A DNA stretch of 64,000 nucleotides, from the NCBI GenBank assembly GCA_021810905.1, contig JAJZQH010000003.1, forward strand, positions 1,897 to 65,896. Reading direction: 5' to 3'. This document shows positions 56,003-64,000 of the stretch, in pieces; the stretch's first letter is position 1, and every line of letters starts with the position of its first letter. A program made the translations under genes and the position numbers. The notes beneath the pieces were generated by a model. It did not search any database and had not been told where the DNA came from. It worked only from the letters and a program-made list of their open reading frames with translations. Source of the DNA: a bacterium. GTDB taxonomy: Bacteria > UBA10199 > 2-02-FULL-44-16 > JAAZCA01.

Positions 56003-59000
56003 TCAGCCTCTGAATTCCCTCTTCTTCCAGAGGAGATAAATTGCGGGGTACACCAGGAGTTCCATCGCGAATGACGTGACGAGTCCGCCTACCATCGGAG
56101 CTGCGATGCGCTTCATCATGTCCGCGCCCGTGCCGATGGACCACATGATCGGGATGAGTCCCATGAATGCGGCCATGACAGTCATCATCTTCGGCCGGAT
56201 TCTTTTCACAGCGCCGTGCACGATCGATTCCTTGAGATCTGAGATATCCTTGAGCATCCCGTTCTTGCGCGCGTCCTCGTGCGCGATGTCGAGATACAGG
56301 AGCATGAAAATGCCGGTCTCCGCATCGAGACCCATGAGCGCGATGAGCCCCACCCATACCGCGATCGACATGTGATAACCCAGGATGTACAGGAGCCAGA
56401 TCGCGCCGATCGCGGAGAACGGAACCGCGAGGAGCACGATCGCGGCCTTGATGCCGGACTTCGTGTTCAGGTAGAGCAGCACGATGATGATGAAGAGCGC
56501 GAGCGGCAACACCACCTTGAGCTTCTCGCGCACGTGCAGCATGTTCTCGTATTGTCCGCTCCACGCGAGCGCGTAACCTGACGGCAGCTCAAGGTTCGCA
56601 TTCACCGCTTTTTTTGCGTCAGATACAAAGCTGCCCACGTCGCGTCCGGCCAGATCTACGTACACATAGCCCGACAGCATTCCGTTCTCGTTTCGAAGCA
56701 TGCTCGGGCCCTGCACCAGGCGAATATCGGCCAGCGCAGCGATGGGCACCTGCGCGCCGTCGGGCGCCGCGACCAGCACGCGCGAGAGCGCGCTCATGTC
56801 GTCGCGAAGTTCCCTGCTGTAGCGCACGTTGATCGGATAGCGCTCTCGCCCTTCCACCGTCGTCGAGACGTTCTCTCCTCCGATGGCCGAGAGGATCGTC
56901 TCTTCCGCGTCGGCAACCGAAATTCCAAGCCGCGCGAGTTCATCACGCTTGAGGTCGAAATCCAGGAAGTATCCGCCTGCGGCGCGCTCCGCGAATACGC
57001 TCCTCGTACCCGGCACGCCCTTGAGTATAGTTTCAAGGCGGCTGCCGATCTTCTCGATTTCCTTTGTATCGTTTCCGAGGATCTTGATTCCTATCGGCGT
57101 GCGTATGCCGGTGGAGAGCATGTCGATGCGCGCCCTGATCGGCATGGTCCACGCGTTGGAGACGCCCGGGAACTGCATGGCCTTGTCCATCTCTGCAACG
57201 AGTTCGTCCCAGCTCAACCTGTCGTTCCAGATATGCCTCAATGGAGCCTTCATTATATCCGGCATCCATGAGTACCATCGTTTTTTTCCACGCCACTCAT
57301 CCATCGGTTTGAGCACGACCGTCGTCTCCATCATCGAAAACGGCGCAGGATCCGTGGAAGTCTCGGCGCGGCCCGCCTTGCCGAAGACCCGCTCTACTTC
57401 TGGAAACGATTTCAATATGCGGTCCTGCTGCTGAAGGAGATTCTGCGCCTCAGTCACCGATATGCCCGGCAGCGTCGTGGGCATGTAGAGGATAGTGCCC
57501 TCGTTCAAAGGCGGCATGAATTCGCTGCCCATCATGACGAACGGCGGGATCGCGGTAAGGAGTAAAACCCCCGCGATCACGATGGTCCTCTTCGGATGTT
57601 TTAATACGAGCCTGCATGCGGGTTCGTAAACTCGGAAGAGCCTCTTGCTCACCGGATGTTTTTCCTCGGCGTAATAGCTGCCGACGAAGACGCGGTTGTA
57701 GATCCAGGAGAGCCAGGCGGGCTTGAAGTTGCGAAAATCCATGCGCGTGAAGAGCATGCGCATCACCGGATCGAGCGTCACCGCGAGGAGCGCGGCGATC
57801 GCCATGGCGAACGTCTTCGAATACGCCAGGGGCTTGAAGAGCCGCCCTTCCTGATCCACGAGCGTGAAGATCGGCAGAAATGCGACTGCGATGACCAGCA
57901 GCGAAAAGAACACGGAGGGCCCGACCTGCTTGAGCGCGTCGAGGCGCACCTGATGGAAGTCTCCCTTGCGGCCGCCGTCCTTCCATTGCTGCAGCTTCTT
58001 GTAGGCGTTCTCCACCTCCACGATCGCGCCGTCCACGAGCACGCCGATGGATATGGCGATTCCCGCGAGCGACATGATGTTCGCGGTGAGCCCCATGAAG
58101 TAGAAGGGTATGAACGCGAGGAGCACCGACAATGGGATCGTGAATATCGGCACAACGGCCGAGGGGATATGCCAGAGAAAGATCAGGATCACTATCGATA
58201 CGATGATCATTTCCTCTATCAGCGTGTCGGTGAGCGTGGAGATCGAACGCAGTATGAGATCCGATCTGTCATATGTGGTGACGAGCGTAACGCCTTTGGG
58301 TAAAGACGGTTCGATCTCCTTGAGCTTCTCCTTCACGCGATCGATCACTCGAAGCGCGTTTTCTCCCTGCCGCATGATCACGATGCCGCCCACCGCGTCG
58401 CCTCTTCCGTCGAGGTCTGCCACGCCGCGCCTGATATCCGGCCCAAGCTCCACGTTGCCGATCTGCCCGATGGTAACCGGCGTGCCGGCTATCGGGTCGG
58501 CGCCGACCGCTATATTCCGGATATCCTCCACGCTCTTTGCGTACCCGCGGCCTCGCACCATGTATTCGCGTCCGGAAAATTCCACGAGGCGGCCGCCGAC
58601 GTCGTTGTTGTTGCGCCTGATCGCCTCCACGACCTGTCCGATCGGGATCTTGTAGGCCGCGAGTTTATTGGGATCCACGCCCACCTGATACTGGCGCACG
58701 AACCCGCCGACGGTCGCAACCTCCGCGACCCCGGGGACCGACTGGAGATAATAACGCAGATACCAGTCCTGATAGCTGCGCAGCCCAGCGAGATCGTTCT
58801 GTCCGGATTCATCCACCAGCGCATACTGAAAAACCCATCCCAGGCTCGTTGCGTCTGGACCGAGTTCCGTGGTCACTCCCTCGGGCAGTCGCGGAGTGAT
58901 CTTGCTCAGATATTCGAGCGCGCGGCTTCGCGCCCAGTATATGTCCGTCCCGTCCTCGAAGATGATGTAGACGTAGGAGAAACCGAAGTCGGAGAAACCG

Positions 59001-59245
59001 CGTATCGCGCGCACCTTCGGCGTGCCGAGCATTGCGGTGACGATCGGATAAGTGACCTGATCTTCGATGATGTCTGGGCTTCGATCCCACCGCGAATAGA
59101 TGATGACCTGCGTATCTGAGAGATCCGGGATCGCATCGAGCGGCACGTTCTTGAGACACCATACCGCGGCAGCTATGGCAGCCGCGGCAAGCATCAGCAC
59201 GACGACCTTGTTCTTCGTCGACGCCTCTATGATGCGTTCAATCAT
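56003..59245 (-). CDS. cusA: Heavy-metal (Cu/Ag-type) RND efflux pump CusA
   Basis: ORF 56003..59245. Collinear with CusA by eye, including EFMPPLNEGTILYMPTTLPGIS and APFSMMETT (methionine-cluster positions). Confidence 0.9.
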   Translation of the reverse strand: MIERIIEASTKNKVVVLMLAAAAIAAAVWCLKNVPLDAIPDLSDTQVIIYSRWDRSPDIIEDQVTYPIVTAMLGTPKVRAIRGFSDFGFSYVYIIFEDGTDIYWARSRALEYLSKITPRLPEGVTTELGPDATSLGWVFQYALVDESGQNDLAGLRSYQDWYLRYYLQSVPGVAEVATVGGFVRQYQVGVDPNKLAAYKIPIGQVVEAIRRNNNDVGGRLVEFSGREYMVRGRGYAKSVEDIRNIAVGADPIAGTPVTIGQIGNVELGPDIRRGVADLDGRGDAVGGIVIMRQGENALRVIDRVKEKLKEIEPSLPKGVTLVTTYDRSDLILRSISTLTDTLIEEMIIVSIVILIFLWHIPSAVVPIFTIPLSVLLAFIPFYFMGLTANIMSLAGIAISIGVLVDGAIVEVENAYKKLQQWKDGGRKGDFHQVRLDALKQVGPSVFFSLLVIAVAFLPIFTLVDQEGRLFKPLAYSKTFAMAIAALLAVTLDPVMRMLFTRMDFRNFKPAWLSWIYNRVFVGSYYAEEKHPVSKRLFRVYEPACRLVLKHPKRTIVIAGVLLLTAIPPFVMMGSEFMPPLNEGTILYMPTTLPGISVTEAQNLLQQQDRILKSFPEVERVFGKAGRAETSTDPAPFSMMETTVVLKPMDEWRGKKRWYSWMPDIMKAPLRHIWNDRLSWDELVAEMDKAMQFPGVSNAWTMPIRARIDMLSTGIRTPIGIKILGNDTKEIEKIGSRLETILKGVPGTRSVFAERAAGGYFLDFDLKRDELARLGISVADAEETILSAIGGENVSTTVEGRERYPINVRYSRELRDDMSALSRVLVAAPDGAQVPIAALADIRLVQGPSMLRNENGMLSGYVYVDLAGRDVGSFVSDAKKAVNANLELPSGYALAWSGQYENMLHVREKLKVVLPLALFIIIVLLYLNTKSGIKAAIVLLAVPFSAIGAIWLLYILGYHMSIAVWVGLIALMGLDAETGIFMLLYLDIAHEDARKNGMLKDISDLKESIVHGAVKRIRPKMMTVMAAFMGLIPIMWSIGTGADMMKRIAAPMVGGLVTSFAMELLVYPAIYLLWKKREFRG

Positions 59246-60368
59246 GCTTGTGTCCGCCCGTCGTTGCGCCAGCGGCCGCGGATAGCTTTGATTCCGAATC
59301 TATGAGAAACAGCGCCGAGGTGGCGACTGTCTCTCCATCTTTCAGTCCTGACTTCACGACAAAGCTCTCCTTGAGTTCCGGACCCAACTGCACGTCGCGC
59401 GGCACAAAATGCAGCCCCTCGTGCACGACGAAGACCAGTTTTCTTGTCCCGGAATCGATGACCGCTGATTTGGGCACGAGCAACTGCTGACCCAGGTCGT
59501 CATTCAGAAAAGCGGTGACGAACATGTTGGGCTTGAGCATCGCATTCGAATTATCGATTTCGATCCTCGCGCGAACCGTGCGAGTCGCGGGATCCAGCAC
59601 CGGATCGATCGCGCGGATTGTGCCGGTTCCGACGGGCTTGCCGTCCGGCAGCTCTATCGCCGCGCTCTGCCCTGCCTTGACATACGGCAGTTCGCGTTCG
59701 TAGATCGACGCGTAGATCCACGCCTTCTTTCCAGGCAGCACGAGGTTTTCGTCCGGCTTGCCGCGCGCGGAAAGAGCGCCGATCGCATCCGCGCTCATGC
59801 CCATGAGCGCGAGCCTGCGTTTTGCGGCCTGCACGAGGTCTTTGTCGCCGAGACGGCGCGCCTCGATGAGCTCGCGCTGGGCAACTTCCAGATCCGGATC
59901 AAACGCCACGCGGCCCACCGCGCGGATCGCGGCCACTGCAGGGCCCGTGACAACAGGCTCCGTCTTCACTCCGATGAGCTGCTGCCGCGCGCTGTCGATC
60001 ATCACGGTAGCGCGCGCATCCCCGCCCTTTTCAGGGTGAGGCGCCTGCTCCGGCATCTGCATGCCGGGCATCTGCATCGACGTCGGACCACCCGCCCCCG
60101 CGCCCTGCGGGGATTCCTGCTTCGGTTTCTCTTTCACGGGAACGAGGTCCATGCCGCAGATCGGGCACTTGCCCGGCCTGTCGGATATGTATGAGGGATG
60201 CATGGGACAAGTATAAAGTTGCTTCGCCTCCTGCCCTCCGCCTGCGCCGCCGTGACCGTGGCAGGAAGACATGCAGAGAGCAGCAGAGCCGGCCGCCGCG
60301 GCCATGAATGCGATGACTGCAACCGCCGTGACGAAACCTCGCAATGGCGAAGCGTTTGTATTGTTCAT
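59238..60368 (-). CDS. cusB: RND efflux periplasmic adaptor CusB-like with N-terminal metal-binding YTCPMHP..CPICGM domain
   Basis: ORF 59238..60368. LYTCPMHPSYISDRPGKCPICGMDLVPV followed by a membrane-fusion-protein fold. Overlaps both cusA and cusC. Confidence 0.85.
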   Translation of the reverse strand: MNNTNASPLRGFVTAVAVIAFMAAAAGSAALCMSSCHGHGGAGGGQEAKQLYTCPMHPSYISDRPGKCPICGMDLVPVKEKPKQESPQGAGAGGPTSMQMPGMQMPEQAPHPEKGGDARATVMIDSARQQLIGVKTEPVVTGPAVAAIRAVGRVAFDPDLEVAQRELIEARRLGDKDLVQAAKRRLALMGMSADAIGALSARGKPDENLVLPGKKAWIYASIYERELPYVKAGQSAAIELPDGKPVGTGTIRAIDPVLDPATRTVRARIEIDNSNAMLKPNMFVTAFLNDDLGQQLLVPKSAVIDSGTRKLVFVVHEGLHFVPRDVQLGPELKESFVVKSGLKDGETVATSALFLIDSESKLSAAAGATTGGHKHD

Positions 60369-61657
60369 TTTTCATCCTCCTTCAGAGGCGCGCCGACCGC
60401 GCGTTCGAGGTCGGCAAACGCCTGGGCCGCATCCACTCTAGCCCTTACGTACATGAGCTGCGCGTTGGAGAGGCTGCGGATCGCGTCGACGACGCCCAGA
60501 AAATCGCCGTTGCCGGACGCGTACGCCTCGCGCGAAGAGGCGAGCAACACCCGCGCGCGCGGCAGCACGGTGGCGCCGTAGATCCTCGCCGTCTTCTGCG
60601 CTGCGTTGATGCGCGCATACGCGATCTTCACGTCCGATTCAGCCTTTAACACCGCCGAATCCTTGAGCGACTGCGCGCGTTCCAGCATCGCCTTTGATTC
60701 CTTCACTCCAAATCGCTGTTTGGAGAACGACCATAGAGGCACGGTGATGCCGGCTCGGCCATACCATGCATTCAGCACGCCGGCCGGATTGTCCATGTAA
60801 CCGAGCCGCAGCGTGAGGTCAGGGCCGTACTGGGATTTGGCGAAAGAGAGCTTCGCCCGCTGGGAAAGTATCTCGCTATCCGCTTCAGCGACCTCGGGCC
60901 TCTGCTCCCTCGCCTTTGCGACGAGCTTCTCCACGCCCGCCACATCAGGCGGAGGTGGAGGCTCCGCGAGCTTCACTGAAGGATCGAGAGGTTTTGCCAT
61001 GAGCTTCGAGAGCTCCGCGATAGCGGCGAGGCGATCCTGTTCGATGATCGCGATCTTTCCTTCGATGTCGCCCAGCTCCACGGATGCGCGGACTGGCTCC
61101 GAGACAGGGCCCTTCAAATTTGCATAGGATTCTTCAGCCGAGCCCTTGCCCTGATGGAAGATCGCAAAGGCCTCGTGCTCGATCCTCTCCTCCTCGGAGA
61201 GGCGCCACAGATCCAGGTATGCGCGCTTTACCTGGCGCACGAGTTCCTGCGCCGCGGTCTCCTTGCGCGAGAACGCCGCGTCGGCCGCGCGCTTCTCAGC
61301 CTTGTAGCCGTAGACGAGCTTGGCTGGGAACGGGATCTGTTGCTCACCCATGTACTGTATGGTGCCCTGGGTCACGTCCGCCGTGTTGATCGGCACGCCG
61401 ATGAAATCGACCATGAACTCCGGGTCAGGCGGGCTCGCAGCCTGCGGCGGGCGCGCGCGCGCGGCATCCAGCTCATGCCCCGCGGAGGCGAGGTCCGGAT
61501 TCTCCGCAAGCGCCGCGGCGATAGCGCTGTCCATCGTGAGCGTCTCATCGACGCGGGCCGCACCGCCAGAGGCGGCAGCAAAAGCGAGCGCCATCAACAC
61601 GGCCACGGCTGATGAAACGAGTCTCATCGACAAAAGAGCCTTTCGCGAGGGTGACAA
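60365..61657 (-). CDS. cusC: TolC-family outer-membrane efflux protein (CusC-like)
   Basis: ORF 60365..61657. Signal peptide and two-repeat coiled-coil/beta-barrel pattern. First gene of the cus operon. Confidence 0.8.
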   Translation of the reverse strand: MSPSRKALLSMRLVSSAVAVLMALAFAAASGGAARVDETLTMDSAIAAALAENPDLASAGHELDAARARPPQAASPPDPEFMVDFIGVPINTADVTQGTIQYMGEQQIPFPAKLVYGYKAEKRAADAAFSRKETAAQELVRQVKRAYLDLWRLSEEERIEHEAFAIFHQGKGSAEESYANLKGPVSEPVRASVELGDIEGKIAIIEQDRLAAIAELSKLMAKPLDPSVKLAEPPPPPDVAGVEKLVAKAREQRPEVAEADSEILSQRAKLSFAKSQYGPDLTLRLGYMDNPAGVLNAWYGRAGITVPLWSFSKQRFGVKESKAMLERAQSLKDSAVLKAESDVKIAYARINAAQKTARIYGATVLPRARVLLASSREAYASGNGDFLGVVDAIRSLSNAQLMYVRARVDAAQAFADLERAVGAPLKEDEK

Positions 61658-61833
61658 TAAGTGAATTTATAATTTTTTTTGACCGAAATGTCATTATCGA
61701 ACAATTAAACAGCCCCAATCCCGCAAGACTCGTTCCATCGCTCCTTACGAGGCTACGGCAATAGATTGTAGCTGGTGAATGGTGCTGCGAAACGCAGCAG
61801 CGGTGCATGTGCTTGAGCGTACTCTCATATTCG

Positions 61834-62270
61834 TCACCAGAATTCTGGCTTATGAAACGGGCCGTGACGGTCCTCCAAGTTTGGTGAAAACTGAGAGACC
61901 TGAAGAACGCCTTGTCTGATCTTTTTATAAAACGTCGCATACGCGAGAAGTGTTCGGCTCGGGTGTCTATGAGGATTCAGTACGCCGACTCGTTTTCCGA
62001 GCTCCTTTGTCGTGATCCTTATGACCTCGGCAAGATCGGAATCGTTTGAGACGATGACAGCCGTATCGAATCTGTCCTTGTACGCATCGTTGAGCATGTG
62101 AACGGCAAGATTTACATCCGAACCTTTTTCCTCGGTTCGGATGACGCGGACGTATTTCGTTTTACCGCACTCCTTTTCCGCCAGCGGCATCATAACGGGA
62201 TGCGAAAGAAAGTGACCCAATATGATGGAAAGTTGAACCCGTCGATATAGACGCTTGTCCTGCACGGGGA
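61834..62270 (-). pseudogene. NYN/LabA-like (PIN-fold) domain gene, decayed
   Basis: ORF 61834..62283 carries EKGSDVNLAVHMLNDAYKDRFDTAVIVSNDSDLAEVIR. The expected N-terminal motif SVYIDGFNF is encoded at 62229-62252 in a different frame (ORF 62190..62420). About 50 aa between the two motifs are missing. Confidence 0.6.
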
Positions 62271-62824
62271 TTTGATAAAGCAAAGGCCGCTTGGAGCGGC
62301 CTCGCGCCCTGCGCCGAAGCGACAGGGGTGGTATCTGAAATTATGATAGCCTTGAGTCCTTCCATTGTCCATGCGGAATTTCTTTTGCATCGAATCTCTC
62401 TCGGCTGTCTGTCGATTCAATTAACAGCAAGGCGCGTGCCAGATACGCGCTGATTGCAACTCCTTGAAAGTCAGCTGATTTATTTTTCGATATTCGGATC
62501 GACTGCAGTGAAACGCAGCAGCACTGCACGAAAACTGGGCAGTTGATCAAACTGGTCGCAATTTGCGACCGGTAGGTTCCCCGCCCTATACAAGCCCCCC
62601 CCCCGCTTGCCTATGGAGTCATTTTTATCCATATTTTTCAATCATATAGCCCGGATTTTCCCTTGTCGCGCTCCTTATAATTATGCTACTTTACCGCAAC
62701 TTGTTCATCCTATCATTATAATGGGGGCACGCAGCATCATTCTCCCCCTTTATAAGGGGGAGTTAGAGGGGGTAGATCCGAGTGAATACAGGGTGCACAG
62801 CGGTGCTCCTCGCGCGAAGCTGGG

Positions 62825-63090
62825 TGCGGCGGACTCCGTGCTCCGGCAAGTTGCTGCGGAAACGATTTCAGCTCTTCCCTCGTCGCTGGCGCACTTCGCT
62901 CGCTACTCGTCGCCAAAAAGCCGTTGGCGTCATTCGCGACTTGGAGATCCTCCTCTGTCGGCTTCCAAGTCGCGACGCCAATCGGCTTTTTAGCTCCTCA
63001 TACGCTCGTCTCGTAAACGCGCCTTTTACGCTCCTCCGGGAAGAGCTGAAATCGTCCCCGCAGCACATGAACTTCGCACACGGGCCGCAC
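62825..63090. repeat. ~266-bp imperfect palindrome (long hairpin / MITE-like)
   Basis: Nested inverted repeats: 62853-62879 (gctgcggaaacgatttcagctcttccc) with 63038-63064; 62915-62944 (aaaaagccgttggcgtcattcgcgacttgg) with 62965-62991; and gtgcggc at 62825 with gccgcac at ~63084-63090. Mirrored ORFs on both strands are artefacts of it. Confidence 0.7.
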
Positions 63091-63179
63091 GAACGTAGCG
63101 TTCCGAGTAGAGGCACGCGGCGTGTTGTGCAAGGTTGTTCGCCTTGTAGGTATAAAGAAAGACTTGCCTTGGAGGCAAT

Positions 63180-63572
63180 ATGTCTGAATGGCAACAACAA
63201 TTAATCGCAGACACATTTCAAAATTATCAAAATATGCTAATGCAAATATCACTCTTGCTTGTAACTGGCGGTGTCATCTTACTTTTGACTAAAGAATATA
63301 CAAAAAACTGGAAAATTTTAGGCGTCCTTGGAGTTGCGGTTGCCGTCTTCGGTATCGTCATCAATCATCATATTTATTCACTAATAATTGAGAGGTTAAA
63401 GGTCATCGCGGATAACAAAGGCAGCATTCTATTAGAAACACAACCAAACCAATGTCTGAGCCTTGGCGGCTGGTACGTTTTTCAAATTATTTGTAATAGC
63501 ATTGCCGCAATTATTTTATTCATCATTTTGTTAACGGCAAAGATTGATAGAATCGCCGCCCAAAAGAGGTAA
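63180..63572 (+). CDS. Small membrane protein (130 aa) in the AT-rich island
   Basis: ORF 63180..63572. Three or four hydrophobic helices. AT-rich codon usage unlike the rest of the window. Confidence 0.55.
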   Translation: MSEWQQQLIADTFQNYQNMLMQISLLLVTGGVILLLTKEYTKNWKILGVLGVAVAVFGIVINHHIYSLIIERLKVIADNKGSILLETQPNQCLSLGGWYVFQIICNSIAAIILFIILLTAKIDRIAAQKR

Positions 63573-63574
63573 GT

Positions 63575-64000
63575 ATGGTCAGCCGGATTATTTATATCTG
63601 TGCATTCATTTCATTGGTGGCGCTTACTCTCCAAGCTAGTGAGAAGAATTTTTCAAGTAATTCATTTTTATCTGGAGGCTGGACGCAGCTAGACGGTGCC
63701 AGGGTTGGATTTGATGACATCGTTTCGTTAAAAGACATGCAATTCATTCATTCTGACCGAGAGAGTGTCTCATTGGCGAGTACAAATGCAGGCGCGAAAA
63801 TGAAAAAAGTTGAGATAAAAAATAATTTTGACGGAATATTGACATTCTTCAATTTTTTTATACCTGATGATAGCAAAACGGTGAGAATCTTATTTAGCGA
63901 TACTTGGCCCCTCGCAGATATTTATGTGGATGACCACGGCCCTTTTGGAGGTACTAGTAAAAGCGGTATTGGTTTTATTCACGAGCAGTTTGAGTTAGGA
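63575..64000 (+). CDS. Secreted hypothetical protein, partial (runs off the window end)
   Basis: Not in the ORF track (no stop in the window). ATG 63575 lies 2 nt after the previous stop. My translation is MVSRIIYICAFISLVALTLQASEKNFSS... with a signal peptide. The frame stays open to 64000. Confidence 0.5.
   Translation, partial: MVSRIIYICAFISLVALTLQASEKNFSSNSFLSGGWTQLDGARVGFDDIVSLKDMQFIHSDRESVSLASTNAGAKMKKVEIKNNFDGILTFFNFFIPDDSKTVRILFSDTWPLADIYVDDHGPFGGTSKSGIGFIHEQFELG

Noticed and set aside
62782-63204. Mirror-image ORFs 62782..63204 (+), 62868..63200 (-), 62998..63252 (-)
   Set aside because: They are a by-product of the long palindrome. Similar open frames on both strands, with no RBS or motif, argue against coding.

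Overview
GC-rich bacterial chromosomal window with about 55 protein-coding genes, most on the minus strand. I found no rRNA, tRNA or CRISPR array. All calls come from reading the ORF translations and the raw sequence; no database search was run.

Gene content, left to right:
- (1) 1-10.7 kb: a minus-strand operon behind a near-consensus sigma-54 promoter. It encodes canonical HypE and HypF, a B12-type radical SAM enzyme, an isochorismatase-family cysteine hydrolase, an arginase-fold ureohydrolase and an NRPS (A-T-C-T-C...) that runs off the window. A LysE/ArgO exporter sits next to it. No hydrogenase or hypABCD genes are visible, so I flag this as the most interesting candidate system.
- (2) 12-13.8 kb: two convergent decayed genes, a serine-hydrolase/beta-lactamase-like gene and a nicotinate phosphoribosyltransferase.
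- (3) 13.8-16.4 kb: hemerythrin-like protein, NamZ/DUF1343 and an FKBP.
- (4) 16.4-23.4 kb: a co-directional block. It holds a Cys-rich lipoprotein, a circularly permuted ATP-grasp-like protein, an 877-aa sigma-70-family protein with five ~98-aa tandem repeats, and a methyltransferase-like ORF carrying an in-frame MITE copy.
- (5) 23.7-33.2 kb: kdpABC plus a KdpD lacking its kinase half, bracketed by two inverted paralogous radical SAM genes.
- (6) 33.3-40.4 kb: a CPYC thioredoxin-fold protein, a Cys-rich lipoprotein, an ABC-F ATPase, pgm and a thaumatin-like lipoprotein.
- (7) 40.5-52.3 kb: a complete Pho cluster (phoU, pstB, a degenerate pstB paralog, pstA, pstC, pstS, an OprP-like porin, an alkaline phosphatase, a 615-aa unknown membrane protein, phoBR). 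TTAACA-type direct repeats sit at 11-bp spacing in its promoters.
- (8) 52.6-55.7 kb: a lipoprotein paralog and a zinc-ribbon/unknown gene pair.
- (9) 56-61.7 kb: cusCBA.
- (10) 61.8-64 kb: a decayed NYN-domain gene, a C9 tract, a ~266-bp imperfect palindrome and a visibly AT-rich island with two small genes.

A ~131-134-bp three-hairpin MITE/REP-like element occurs four times in the window.
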